Virus record (IMG/VR): IMGVR_UViG_3300004481_000331
Coordinates: 1,548-65,547 of that record
DNA length: 64,000 nucleotides
Strand: one strand, 5' to 3'
Origin: a virus
Lineage: Duplodnaviria > Caudoviricetes
The translations under genes and the position numbers were made by a program. The notes under the pieces were generated by a model. It was not told where the DNA came from. It saw only the letters and a program-made list of their open reading frames with translations, and did no database searches. Numbering within the stretch: position 1 is the stretch's first letter; each line of letters begins with the position of its first letter. Shown here piece after piece: positions 1 through 9,828 of this stretch.

Positions 1-2517
1 CCAAAACCAGATGCGCTGCGCGCTGGGTTGCTGCATCCATCCTTTATTTGAATAATGAGGAGCAAATCTTTCAATAAGATTAGTGGTTGCGTCGTACATA
101 TACGCACGTAGATTAGATTTTGGATATCCAATGCTGTCTGCTACCACAGCATTTATACCCGGTGTTTCAGGAAGATAAACTACATCGCCGGTTTCAATGT
201 GAACGGTGAACTCATCTAATGGCAGTAAAATCAGGTCAACTAAATAAATATCTCCCCAGCCAGCTACGGCAGTGTTCCCAACTTGTATTCCTATAATTTG
301 AATATCTGTATATTCATCCGGCGCAAGTCCACCACCAATAGTTATATTACCAAGGTAAGCGTAGCATTCTAACTTATTAAAAATGACTGTGTCAGTTGTT
401 TGAACTACACCACCAAAAGAAGTTATAAGCCTTCCTGTAAAATCTGTATTGCCACCACCATCGATATAGTAGCGAACAAAAGCAGCAAAGACACCATGGT
501 ATTGTTTAGCAATCACATCATTAAAAGTGAAGTAGACACGGTTATCAGGAGTGGCAGCGACAGCGGGACTCCACTGAACTGTGCGATCAGTTGGAGTACA
601 GTATGTCATCAGCGCAGGAGTATCCACAATCGCGCAAGAAATATCAACCGTACAAGTTATACCATTTGGATTTTGCTCATCGGAGCAGTTCAGATAAGCC
701 GCAAATTCTGTCCCACGTGATAGAGAACGAACAGCCATATATAAATCATTATAAGAATGTCCAGGTGGTGACAATATAAGGCTGGTCTGCAAATCTTTTG
801 CAATAGTTTTAGCCAATGCCGCTACATCCCCTTTGGCATTCTCATCTTCAATTGTAATATACGGCGTAGTAATAGTATAAGGGTCAAAGTAAATCAGTTT
901 AGGACCAACACTGTTGGCAACAGGCACACTGGTTACCAGATAGCGCACCCACCAACCAGTTTCAACAAGTGTAGTTGTTGTCCAATCAACTGGCGGTGTC
1001 CAGACAACTGTATGCAGACCCGCTTTTTGAAAACCATTGCTTGTATCAACCACGTAGGGAAGGTCAACCCATGCGCCATTCCAATACTGCCATTTTCCAA
1101 CCCATGTACCGCCACCGCCGAGTTCATAGGTGACGTAGAACACCAAACTATTGAAAATACCAGCCCCTGGAACAGTAATGCCACTACTGACAGAACGGCA
1201 GCAGAAAGCCATATATGCATTAGCACTTACTGATGCTGATGCATCAAAGACACTAATATTTACAGAAGTTGGGTCATCACATTCTATCCAGGGAAGGAAA
1301 TCACCCGAAGTATCTACGCCATTATTAGATTTTCTGATGTAATCAATATTAGCCTTATTTTGCTTATTAGCTACTGGAAGCATTTCACATCCATCACACT
1401 GACCAACCAGAAAGTCAGTATCCAGAATACCGTCAATGTTTATTCTAGGAAAGTTAGTCGTCAACTGAAATGTTCGTTGACTTGTTGTGGCTGTCTTGTC
1501 GCACTCAATAAATAAAATAATATCATCGCCTTGATCCCAAGTATCTTGTGCAAAGATTTCAGTCAACAAGCCGCCCATTGCAGCGTGTAAGTCATAATAG
1601 GTATTATTAGTCCAAGCACCTGCAATGGTCGCAGTAAGCAACGTGGACAGTCTGGGCATGGCAAGATAATCTTGCTCAGTGTACCCCGGGTTTAGTGGAA
1701 AGGCTTTTCCACGTAGCGCACTAATGCGCAGTAATGTTGAAGTAGCTGGTGTGTAGGTTGCTGCGCTGCATACTTCAAGATCAGCATTAGCAGCAGGAAC
1801 ATATGCGCCGCGTTCACATTGCACATTTCTAAATCTAAGTGCCGTGTACCACGTAGCGTTTAATCCTGCCGCCGCATAATAACCAATCTTTGCAGGTGCT
1901 GAATAAATAACGGCTGCATCCCTTTCTTGCCGATACACTGCACTATCAGCAGTTTCAATAATGGTGGGGTCGGTGGGAACTACATACTGATACCAGTTGG
2001 ATTTATTATTCGCAACTACACACTCGCTTTGTCCAGGCTTCTGTGACATCCAAAGCAAGTGCGCAATGATCAGTGTAAAGTTTTCAAGTGCAACTAATTC
2101 AGCCGCTGCGAAAGGTGTAGCATATGGGTTGTCTAATTCAGGAATTGAGTATGCGTGGATTGTAGCGTAGCGGATATTTGTTTCTTGCTCGCCGCGTGCC
2201 TCAATCCAAACTGGCGAATTTTGCCAAACTGTAGTCCAGTAACTTACCGCTTGTTCAAGTAACTCAATCAATAGATTGACTTTTTCAATTACTGTATCTT
2301 GATTTTGACCATTGGGCGCGAGCGTAAAACTATCCTGCGTTAAATCGAAGTTTCGGTTAACAAGCCTTGAACCATCAGAAAACGGACTGCTTTGCCAAAT
2401 CCCACCGCTTTTCCAAGGAGATAGCAAAGGTGTCCAATCGATCAAGTTTAGGTCAAGTAAATTAACTGTACCTTTCTGTGTTCCATTTGTAACTTTTAGT
2501 ATTGAGTTGTAAGTCAT
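1..2517 (-). CDS. Tail-tip / distal tail protein, partial (runs off the left edge, >=839 aa)
   Basis: Not in the ORF track. ATG at 2517 (MTYNSILKVTNGTQKG...); my manual read-through found no in-frame stop down to base 1, and the frame agrees at both ends. It lies directly downstream of the tape measure gene. Confidence 0.75.
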   Translation of the reverse strand, partial: MTYNSILKVTNGTQKGTVNLLDLNLIDWTPLLSPWKSGGIWQSSPFSDGSRLVNRNFDLTQDSFTLAPNGQNQDTVIEKVNLLIELLEQAVSYWTTVWQNSPVWIEARGEQETNIRYATIHAYSIPELDNPYATPFAAAELVALENFTLIIAHLLWMSQKPGQSECVVANNKSNWYQYVVPTDPTIIETADSAVYRQERDAAVIYSAPAKIGYYAAAGLNATWYTALRFRNVQCERGAYVPAANADLEVCSAATYTPATSTLLRISALRGKAFPLNPGYTEQDYLAMPRLSTLLTATIAGAWTNNTYYDLHAAMGGLLTEIFAQDTWDQGDDIILFIECDKTATTSQRTFQLTTNFPRINIDGILDTDFLVGQCDGCEMLPVANKQNKANIDYIRKSNNGVDTSGDFLPWIECDDPTSVNISVFDASASVSANAYMAFCCRSVSSGITVPGAGIFNSLVFYVTYELGGGGTWVGKWQYWNGAWVDLPYVVDTSNGFQKAGLHTVVWTPPVDWTTTTLVETGWWVRYLVTSVPVANSVGPKLIYFDPYTITTPYITIEDENAKGDVAALAKTIAKDLQTSLILSPPGHSYNDLYMAVRSLSRGTEFAAYLNCSDEQNPNGITCTVDISCAIVDTPALMTYCTPTDRTVQWSPAVAATPDNRVYFTFNDVIAKQYHGVFAAFVRYYIDGGGNTDFTGRLITSFGGVVQTTDTVIFNKLECYAYLGNITIGGGLAPDEYTDIQIIGIQVGNTAVAGWGDIYLVDLILLPLDEFTVHIETGDVVYLPETPGINAVVADSIGYPKSNLRAYMYDATTNLIERFAPHYSNKGWMQQPSAQRIWFW

Positions 2518-2518
2518 A

Positions 2519-5500
2519 TTATGTCGCTCCTAATTCTGCGCGAATGATTCTGCGAACCGTGAGTTCGAAAGCAGCCGATGACATACCATTCTGGATGACT
2601 TGACCACCCATATTAACATTGAGTGTTCTACTCATTGCACCAGCCATTATAGGTACTTTTGCGGCTGTACCAATCATGGGCGTAACTGCGCGAGTCATTG
2701 CACGTTGCGGTAGCATGGCATTCCTTTCCACACCCTTTTCCATGCCGACCATAGCCATTTTAAACATATACTCAGTGACTTTTGAAGGAGAACCAAAGTG
2801 CAGTAAGTCGTCTATTGCATCGAGGACATCTTGTATCATGTTTTCTACTGTATTAACTAATCCTCTAACATTAGAAATAATGCCTTCCTTCAATCCGTCA
2901 ATGATCGCTCTACCTGCATTTCTAAACCGTCCAACAAGCCCTAATATCCAATTAACTATGGAATTGAAGTGTTCTACGATGTTATCACGCATTGCTTGAA
3001 TGCGCTCATTAACTGCTGTTCGGATTGCTTCAATAGCATCACTGATGAAGGTCTTAATATTATCCCAAGTTTCTGTGACACGTTCAGTAATGGCAGTCCA
3101 AATATTTTCCATAATGCTTTTGATATTATCAAAAGATGTTTGTACGCCGACTTTGATATTTTCCCACGTGGTTGTTAACCAAACAAGAATGCCATCAACT
3201 ATGCCACCAATAATTGTCTTAATATTTTCCCAGGTTGTAGTTGCGATTATTACAATAGAATTCCAAACAGTTTCTAAAATTCCTTTAATGGTTATCCAAA
3301 CAAGACCAATATATTCTTTGACTTTCTCCCACGCTTCAGACCATTTACCTTGGAATATCGCAGCCCAAAAGTCAAAAAGCACGCCAATTGCTTCAAAGGC
3401 AATCTCGAATATTGCCTTTATACTGTTCCAAACTTGAGAAATTATTTCTTTAATAGCGTTGAAAGTATTCATGAAAACTGTCTTGATCGTCTCCCAGGCA
3501 ATCATTACAATACCTAATATTGCCATGAAAGCATTAGTAAAAATCGTCTTAATCGCTTCCCAAGTACCTGCAACGGCTGTACCAAAGATTGCTTTGAAGG
3601 CATTCCAAATAACCATAATAGTATTTACTATTGTCATCACAATTCCAACTATAATTCCAATAGCTGTTTTGAATACTGTGGTAATTGCATTCCATAACGT
3701 TGAAACAACTGTCTTTACACTTTCGCCATGGCGTTCCCACCAGCCTCGGATTGCAGTCAAAACAGTATTTATAATATTTCTTATTCGGTTCATTACATTA
3801 GTTACAATATTCGCTACAAAGCTAAAAGCATTGCGTACACCAGTGACCAAATTAGTCCACAGGTTAGTTAAGAAAGCAACCACATTGGCGAAGGCTGTCT
3901 TTATCCATGCCCATACCTTTGCAGCTATGTCACGGATACCCAGGAAGTTTGTTTGCCATGCAGTCACCAGCAAAGCAATTGCGCCGATGATCAAGAAAAT
4001 AGGATTAGTCAAAAATCCGATAACTGCCCCAACTGCCATGATCACAGTTTTAATGATCATAAAGATTTTAATTGCCACTAATACAACCGCAATAACTGTA
4101 CCTACAATTGCCGCAACTTTTCCAAGATTTGCAAGAAATTTGCTCCCGAAGTCAGCCGGAAAAAACGACTTGATTTTATCCACAATCGGTTGAAGGTTTT
4201 CATCCCAAAATGCTACAATTGCATCCCAATAAGGTTGCAGCATTTTGCGTAAGTTTGCAACCGCGCCTGCCAACCTGAATAAGAAAACTTCCCAGCGTAG
4301 TTTTATCTCACTCCATTTTGCATTCCACAAATTTGCAACTGGAGCCCATGCTTTACCTAAATTACTACGCAATTCTTCCTTCATAGCATCGATAGCATCA
4401 CGCATATTATCTACAATGCCTTCAGGGTCAAAGCCACCACCTCCGGTTGTTGGTGTTGGAGGCGTTTCTAATTCACCGCCTCCTGCTCCTCCTGCTTCAG
4501 CCGCTGCTTCAGCCGCCTTGGCACTTTCAATTTGGGCATTAGTCAACTCGAGCATGGTTTGCAGCATTTCTTCAGTCAATGCGGCTTGCTCACGCATAAC
4601 TGCTAAAGTTTCTTCGCTCGCATCTAACCGTTCTTCTGCGGTAACCATATCCGCATTGGCAATCTGTTGTTCTTCTTGCGCGGCATTGACTTCAGCCATT
4701 TTGTTAGCCAATGCTTCAGCACTTGCGCCTGATCGAAGCATCTGATTGTATTCGAGTACGGCTTTATTCGCTTTTTGACCGGCTGCTGTTTGCCGTTTAC
4801 GTGCAACTTCCAAAGCACGCTCAGAGTCTTCAACTTTCTTGGTTGCATCAGCCAGGGCAGATTGCTTTTGAATCAAGTCAATGATCTCATCACCAAACTC
4901 ACCGCTAATCGCTGTAATATCAGCTAAAATATCTGCGGTGACTGTACCTGTCTTACTCATTGACTGAATTATGCGCCCTGACAAGTCAGCCCATATAGTA
5001 CCAATTTCTTCTTCAGCAATTGCACCCAAGCCACCCATAGTAGTGAGTACACTTTTCAATGGTGCTTGAATAGCACGCAATACATTAAAATCTGTCTCAG
5101 TAAAACCAGCCAGATATTCATGCATGGTATCCGCGCCCCATTGATCAATGTCCGGCGCAACACGAGGCGGTGATCCCGGCATAAACCAACTAGTCAATAA
5201 CCTGCTGATAAAATTGATTGCTTGAATGATCGCAGTCGAAGCCCCTTGGATAAGACCACGCGCCAACTCAGTCACAATTTTGATGCCCCAATCAAACATC
5301 TTATTGACAGTCTCGGATATTTTGTCAACCAGTTTAGTCATGAAACTTTCGCCAGCATCTTCAGCCGCTTCGCCCATTCCGCCTAAAGAATCAGATGTAG
5401 CGTCGGCACCTTCACCGATTGCCGTTGCTGATGCATTAGCCGCATCTACTGACTTCTCAAACCATGTAGCCAAACTAGCCAGCGGTTCAGTGATCAATGA

Positions 5501-6496
5501 TGCAATAGCACCTATTTTGATCATGACAGGATAAAGTGCACCGCCTTCGGTGATCAGTTTAGTCACGCCACCAATTACTTTATTGATCGAAAGAACCACA
5601 TTGAAAAAGGCTTGCTGAAGAGGCGCACCCATAGCCGCTTTGAAATCTGGCAAAATACGAGAATTCAGCGTACCAAGCTGCTTACCTGCGGTCATCATAG
5701 AGGCGGCATATGCGCCTGATATGCGCCCACCTTCTTCGATCACAGCATTAGTCAAAGCCATGACACGCTGCTCATTATTCAGCGCGTCTACATTGACACC
5801 GATCTGATCAGCATAGGCTTTGTATGCATCTTCCACGCTGGCGATCATGATGCCATGAGTACGCAGAACACGCACATTGCCAGTGGTGATACCGTGCAGC
5901 AATCCTTCCAAAGCGTCAGACGAACCTTCATTAGCCAGCGTGGCTGCATCCTGCGCAACCCGGGCTAAGTCAACGCTTTTTGCCATGTCTATGTTATAAC
6001 GTGCAAACTGCGCAACCAGTTGGTTCGCTACGCCCAGGCTAATACCGGCATCACTAATTTCTGATACAAAGCCATTAATTTGCTCGCCACTATACCCCAT
6101 GCGCTGACCAAGTGTCTGCGCAATATAATTTAACTGCTGCACACGTGATGCCACCATGAGCGCAGAGTCAGAGCCTTTAACCATAAAGTCAATAAATCCG
6201 CTCACCGCCCCTTTGACTGCATTAAAGACAGTATTCAACGCTTTTACTGCAATAGCAGCAATACCTAAACCTGCAGTCATCGCACCAAGTTGTTGAGTAG
6301 TAATTCCTAACGCACCAGCTACTGAAGCGATCACGGTGCTAAAAGGATTCATGGTTGAAGTCGTCTGACCTATCGATGTGCTGGTTTTGGTTGTAGCATT
6401 AGTCGCGGCAAGCAAGCCCTGCATATAAGCGGCTTGTCCTTGCTGAAAGTTCGCATTATTCCAAATTGCTGCAAGACCGATCTGTTGTGCGCCCAT
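2519..6496 (-). CDS. Tail tape measure protein (1325 aa)
   Basis: Very long Ala/Gly/Ile-rich helical ORF with Trp-periodic repeats (W..I...F) in the C-terminal half; follows the chaperone genes. Confidence 0.9.
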   Translation of the reverse strand: MGAQQIGLAAIWNNANFQQGQAAYMQGLLAATNATTKTSTSIGQTTSTMNPFSTVIASVAGALGITTQQLGAMTAGLGIAAIAVKALNTVFNAVKGAVSGFIDFMVKGSDSALMVASRVQQLNYIAQTLGQRMGYSGEQINGFVSEISDAGISLGVANQLVAQFARYNIDMAKSVDLARVAQDAATLANEGSSDALEGLLHGITTGNVRVLRTHGIMIASVEDAYKAYADQIGVNVDALNNEQRVMALTNAVIEEGGRISGAYAASMMTAGKQLGTLNSRILPDFKAAMGAPLQQAFFNVVLSINKVIGGVTKLITEGGALYPVMIKIGAIASLITEPLASLATWFEKSVDAANASATAIGEGADATSDSLGGMGEAAEDAGESFMTKLVDKISETVNKMFDWGIKIVTELARGLIQGASTAIIQAINFISRLLTSWFMPGSPPRVAPDIDQWGADTMHEYLAGFTETDFNVLRAIQAPLKSVLTTMGGLGAIAEEEIGTIWADLSGRIIQSMSKTGTVTADILADITAISGEFGDEIIDLIQKQSALADATKKVEDSERALEVARKRQTAAGQKANKAVLEYNQMLRSGASAEALANKMAEVNAAQEEQQIANADMVTAEERLDASEETLAVMREQAALTEEMLQTMLELTNAQIESAKAAEAAAEAGGAGGGELETPPTPTTGGGGFDPEGIVDNMRDAIDAMKEELRSNLGKAWAPVANLWNAKWSEIKLRWEVFLFRLAGAVANLRKMLQPYWDAIVAFWDENLQPIVDKIKSFFPADFGSKFLANLGKVAAIVGTVIAVVLVAIKIFMIIKTVIMAVGAVIGFLTNPIFLIIGAIALLVTAWQTNFLGIRDIAAKVWAWIKTAFANVVAFLTNLWTNLVTGVRNAFSFVANIVTNVMNRIRNIINTVLTAIRGWWERHGESVKTVVSTLWNAITTVFKTAIGIIVGIVMTIVNTIMVIWNAFKAIFGTAVAGTWEAIKTIFTNAFMAILGIVMIAWETIKTVFMNTFNAIKEIISQVWNSIKAIFEIAFEAIGVLFDFWAAIFQGKWSEAWEKVKEYIGLVWITIKGILETVWNSIVIIATTTWENIKTIIGGIVDGILVWLTTTWENIKVGVQTSFDNIKSIMENIWTAITERVTETWDNIKTFISDAIEAIRTAVNERIQAMRDNIVEHFNSIVNWILGLVGRFRNAGRAIIDGLKEGIISNVRGLVNTVENMIQDVLDAIDDLLHFGSPSKVTEYMFKMAMVGMEKGVERNAMLPQRAMTRAVTPMIGTAAKVPIMAGAMSRTLNVNMGGQVIQNGMSSAAFELTVRRIIRAELGAT

Positions 6497-6786
6497 TACT
6501 TTTTCTTGCCCTTTTTCTTTGTGGCTCGGTTCATTTCTTCAGCCTGAAGATGATCATCATAAGCCGCCATGGTACGCTTGGTATCAAGGTATGCAAGCAT
6601 CACAGGTATATCTTCATCAAGGCGGCAAAGATTCAAAGCAGATGGCAGCACTTTCCATTCCCATGCGAGATCAATAGCACTCAAAACTTGACTATGTACC
6701 CAGTGTCCTTTTAGTTCTGGCGTTTCTTCAACTACCTGCGCCAGTGGCTTCGGATTGCTGGTCGAGCTGCTCTTGTAGTTGACTGC
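6496..6786 (-). CDS. Tail assembly chaperone downstream ORF (gpT-like), probably expressed by frameshift
   Basis: The ORF track gives only TTG 6684 with no SD. The frame is open from 6807 and overlaps the end of 6728-7339; it sits immediately before the tape measure gene. Confidence 0.55.
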   Translation of the reverse strand, partial: AVNYKSSSTSNPKPLAQVVEETPELKGHWVHSQVLSAIDLAWEWKVLPSALNLCRLDEDIPVMLAYLDTKRTMAAYDDHLQAEEMNRATKKKGKKK

Positions 6787-7339
6787 GAAACAACGCCTTC
6801 GCTGCTTCTACTTGTTCCTCCTTAATTGCGCCAGATGTGCTCACACGGAAAATCTCAGCCTGGATACCTGCAAGATCAACCGGTGTCTTAATTACTTGAG
6901 TCATCTTGTAAACTACTGCGCGGTCATCAAGATCATCCGGCACTTCGATATACCGCCTTCTCAATTTCTTTACCCATGCATCATCTTCGGGCAAAGGCAC
7001 GTCTATGCCTTCGCAGACAATAGCGGTACGGATTTGATTTAGTTCAATATCCATCTTGGCAATTGCTTTTTGATGCAATCCCCATGCCAGTTGCCTGCGT
7101 GCTGTCTCAACTTCATCATCTTCCACAATCAAGATTTCTGCAGTCAACTCGCATGTGATACTACCGCCGCCTACAACTTTCACTTCATAAGTCGGCGGGT
7201 CAACAGGTTCGCCTAAGACATCACGGTAATGCTTTTTGATGCCTTCCTCTACTTCTGCAACTTCAAAGACAGAAATAGGTTTGATCGGCACTTCCGTTCC
7301 GTCTTCACACACATAGACAAACTTACCATCTCTTTTCAT
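6728..7339 (-). CDS. Tail assembly chaperone (gpG-like), 203 aa
   Basis: Acidic ORF between tail tube and tape measure genes; SD AGGGAG. Confidence 0.65.
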   Translation of the reverse strand: MKRDGKFVYVCEDGTEVPIKPISVFEVAEVEEGIKKHYRDVLGEPVDPPTYEVKVVGGGSITCELTAEILIVEDDEVETARRQLAWGLHQKAIAKMDIELNQIRTAIVCEGIDVPLPEDDAWVKKLRRRYIEVPDDLDDRAVVYKMTQVIKTPVDLAGIQAEIFRVSTSGAIKEEQVEAAKALFRSQLQEQLDQQSEATGAGS

Positions 7340-7348
7340 GGTTCAATG

Positions 7349-7424
7349 CGCTCCCTGGTCAGGGCAAGCTAGCAGTCGTGGAAAAGGCGGGGAGCGACGC
7401 CTTACTGCTAACTTGCCCTGACCA
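7349..7424 (-). promoter_or_regulatory. Long RNA stem-loop in the tail tube-chaperone intergenic region
   Basis: 21-bp inverted repeat 7356-7376 / 7404-7424 (1 mismatch); inner hairpin 7384-7389 / 7398-7403. Confidence 0.6.
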
Positions 7425-7442
7425 ATTATCTAATCTCCCAGG

Positions 7443-8912
7443 TTAGACACCAACCTTCATGATAAAGGTTGTGGTGTTCAGTTCACCGACCACATAGGCA
7501 GTTTTTGGATTGCACATCACAATAGCATTAAAACCTGAGTTGGTTGGGACGACAATTTCTTCCCAGGTATAACCACCGTCAATGGTCATGTGAAGCGAGC
7601 CAACAGGTCCCGCTGTGTTACTGATCAGCATGCCTACGCCTTGGTTAATGAAATCCATGTCCACCGTGAGTTCGGTCAGCGAGCCTGTGTAACTGCGAGC
7701 TTCCCAGGTTGCGCCGCCATCATAGGACATATAGAGCGAAGTTGCTGCACCTGCGCTATTGGTTCCGACCAGAACACGGTTTTGGCTGAAACAAACAACA
7801 CTGAGCAAGTCATCGCCTGAACCAGTCGCAGTCGCAGCCGTCCAGTGATCGCCGCCATCCACAGTTTTAATAATGTCATCGCCATCGCAAACTGCAAAGC
7901 CGTAGTTCTCATCACAGAATGAGATCGCATTGACATCCGAGCCGCCAGTTGCGCCCAAAGCATTTTGGTTCGTCCAAGACGCGCCACCATCAGCCGAGAA
8001 GAACACATTGCCCTGATCAGTACCAAGCCAGATATGCTCACTGTCAAGAGCAAAGAGCGACTTTGGGCCTGTTGCCGCTTCGGTCAAAGTTGCGCCAACA
8101 GTCGATAAAGTCCAAGTCGCTCCACCATCGTCTGAGAAAGCCACGGACATCGCTGTAGCCGCTAAAGTACCTCGAGCCACTAGGATACGGTTCACGCCCT
8201 TGGAAATCTCAAATATAGCAATGCCAAAGATGTTAAGCGCAGCAGCGAACGGGTCAGACGCCAGGGCGGCAAAAGAAGTGCCAGCATCCAAACTGCGCAG
8301 CACATCAGCCGTACCAGCGCCCGCATCTGTACCCGCTACGATCACATCACAAGGCGTGGTGTACTCGCCGCAAGCGTCATCGCAAAAGATATTGCCAGCG
8401 ACAGCAACACAGTTGGCAGGCTGAATCTGAGTAAGGCTAATGCGTGAAGCGGTCAGTTTCCAGACATCCACACGAGGCGGGGCGGCTACAATGGTGAAAT
8501 CCTGAGTTGATTCATTGTCGTCTACATGGTGACCAAACGAGCCAATCTCATCCCCAGTAATCTCAGCATTGTAAACAATCGAGCCACGTACCCAATTCTT
8601 GAAGACGCCAGCCTCACCGCAGTTGCGCTTCAATGCATACAAGGTAAACGGGCAAGTAACTTGATCAAGCCAACCTTGCGTTTCTTCGAGCATTTTGCCC
8701 AAAGTTACCTCGATGGCATCAGGCGGTGAATACTTCTTACCAACAGTTCTGAAGCCATCACGGCGGCTGCGCCAGCAGTAAATATATTCAATGCCGCCAA
8801 GCCGAGGATTGGGAATGGTGTCCAAATCCACACAGTCGCCAAGGTAGTAACTTTTGTCGCCCAAGCGGAATTGGATAAATACTGCTGCATCTTTCTGAGT
8901 TAGAACGGTCAT
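7443..8912 (-). CDS. Major tail (tube) protein with C-terminal BNR/Asp-box beta-propeller, 489 aa
   Basis: Occupies the tail-tube position. Six Asp-boxes: SLDAGTSF, SDDGGATW, SADGGASW, TVDGGDHW, SYDGGATW, TIDGGYTW. Confidence 0.7.
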   Translation of the reverse strand: MTVLTQKDAAVFIQFRLGDKSYYLGDCVDLDTIPNPRLGGIEYIYCWRSRRDGFRTVGKKYSPPDAIEVTLGKMLEETQGWLDQVTCPFTLYALKRNCGEAGVFKNWVRGSIVYNAEITGDEIGSFGHHVDDNESTQDFTIVAAPPRVDVWKLTASRISLTQIQPANCVAVAGNIFCDDACGEYTTPCDVIVAGTDAGAGTADVLRSLDAGTSFAALASDPFAAALNIFGIAIFEISKGVNRILVARGTLAATAMSVAFSDDGGATWTLSTVGATLTEAATGPKSLFALDSEHIWLGTDQGNVFFSADGGASWTNQNALGATGGSDVNAISFCDENYGFAVCDGDDIIKTVDGGDHWTAATATGSGDDLLSVVCFSQNRVLVGTNSAGAATSLYMSYDGGATWEARSYTGSLTELTVDMDFINQGVGMLISNTAGPVGSLHMTIDGGYTWEEIVVPTNSGFNAIVMCNPKTAYVVGELNTTTFIMKVGV

Positions 8913-8924
8913 TTCTGTGCCTCC

Positions 8925-9311
8925 TTATTTGTCTCTAATGAACTGCATGATTGAAGTGATCAGCGGGGCGAAAAGCGTCTGTACTGCTGCAAACACTTGC
9001 CCAGGGTTGCTACGGATATCTTCGGCTGTCCAAAGACTGTGGGTATGCATTGCATCATCCAAAGTTTCAGGGTCAAATTGGAAATTCAAAGTATATGCAA
9101 ACTCATTCCAATCAATTCCAAACTGGATACCTTCAGTTTCCAAGACACTTTTGAGCGCAAAGCCATCCACAATCCGTTTACTTTTTAGTGTGACACGCCG
9201 AACAGAATTACCTTCAACAAACTGCACCAAAGAAGTGCCTTTGTCGTGAGCAATTACCGTTACCGGTATTTCTTGATCGATCATTACTTTTTCTTCAGGT
9301 TCATCGCTCAT
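8925..9311 (-). CDS. Hypothetical protein in the head-tail joining region
   Basis: 128 aa with SD GAGG; in operon. Confidence 0.6.
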   Translation of the reverse strand: MSDEPEEKVMIDQEIPVTVIAHDKGTSLVQFVEGNSVRRVTLKSKRIVDGFALKSVLETEGIQFGIDWNEFAYTLNFQFDPETLDDAMHTHSLWTAEDIRSNPGQVFAAVQTLFAPLITSIMQFIRDK

Positions 9312-9321
9312 TGCTTACCTC

Positions 9322-9828
9322 CTATACTTTATGACCGGAAGCCTTTGTCGCTTCTTTGACAGCTTTTTCCATCCGGCGCTTGAACTTGACGTTCCATTCT
9401 TTCTGAATTGTCTTACTGAACTTACGTGCTTTTGTGCCGGGATGCATAACTTTCTTGGCAAATACTTGATTCACACCCTGCGCACCTTTGGTTGCAACCA
9501 TTATACCCGGCATGGTTTTTGGCGCACCGCCAGTTTTGAAGGCGAGCATCTTAGCCTTTTTAGGTACTATTGCATGCTTTTTTGTACCTTCATCTACATA
9601 GCCATAGATTTGATCATCCGTACCCACAAGCACATCCACAGAATTAGGGCCGACACTGATTTCTTTCACAAACTTGACTTTACGCTTCCAACTCCACGTA
9701 GTTGCTTCATATGAAAATAATATCTCTGAAGCAACCTGTTCCAGATAAGCCGTAAAGATAGCATTCATGGCTTTATCATTCAGTTTATTCGGCGTGATGG
9801 CTTTGGTCAAAATGACTGAGGGGCTCAT
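9322..9828 (-). CDS. Putative tail-completion (HK97 gp10-like) protein
   Basis: Basic protein with YVDEGTK...HPGTKARKF motif. Start refined to 9828 by an ATGA overlap with the upstream stop. Confidence 0.55.
   Translation of the reverse strand: MSPSVILTKAITPNKLNDKAMNAIFTAYLEQVASEILFSYEATTWSWKRKVKFVKEISVGPNSVDVLVGTDDQIYGYVDEGTKKHAIVPKKAKMLAFKTGGAPKTMPGIMVATKGAQGVNQVFAKKVMHPGTKARKFSKTIQKEWNVKFKRRMEKAVKEATKASGHKV

Noticed and set aside
2619-5534. Several long plus-strand ORFs (up to 244 aa) opposite the tape measure gene
   Set aside because: Shadow ORFs from the low-complexity antisense strand; no RBS or promoter and no protein-like motifs.
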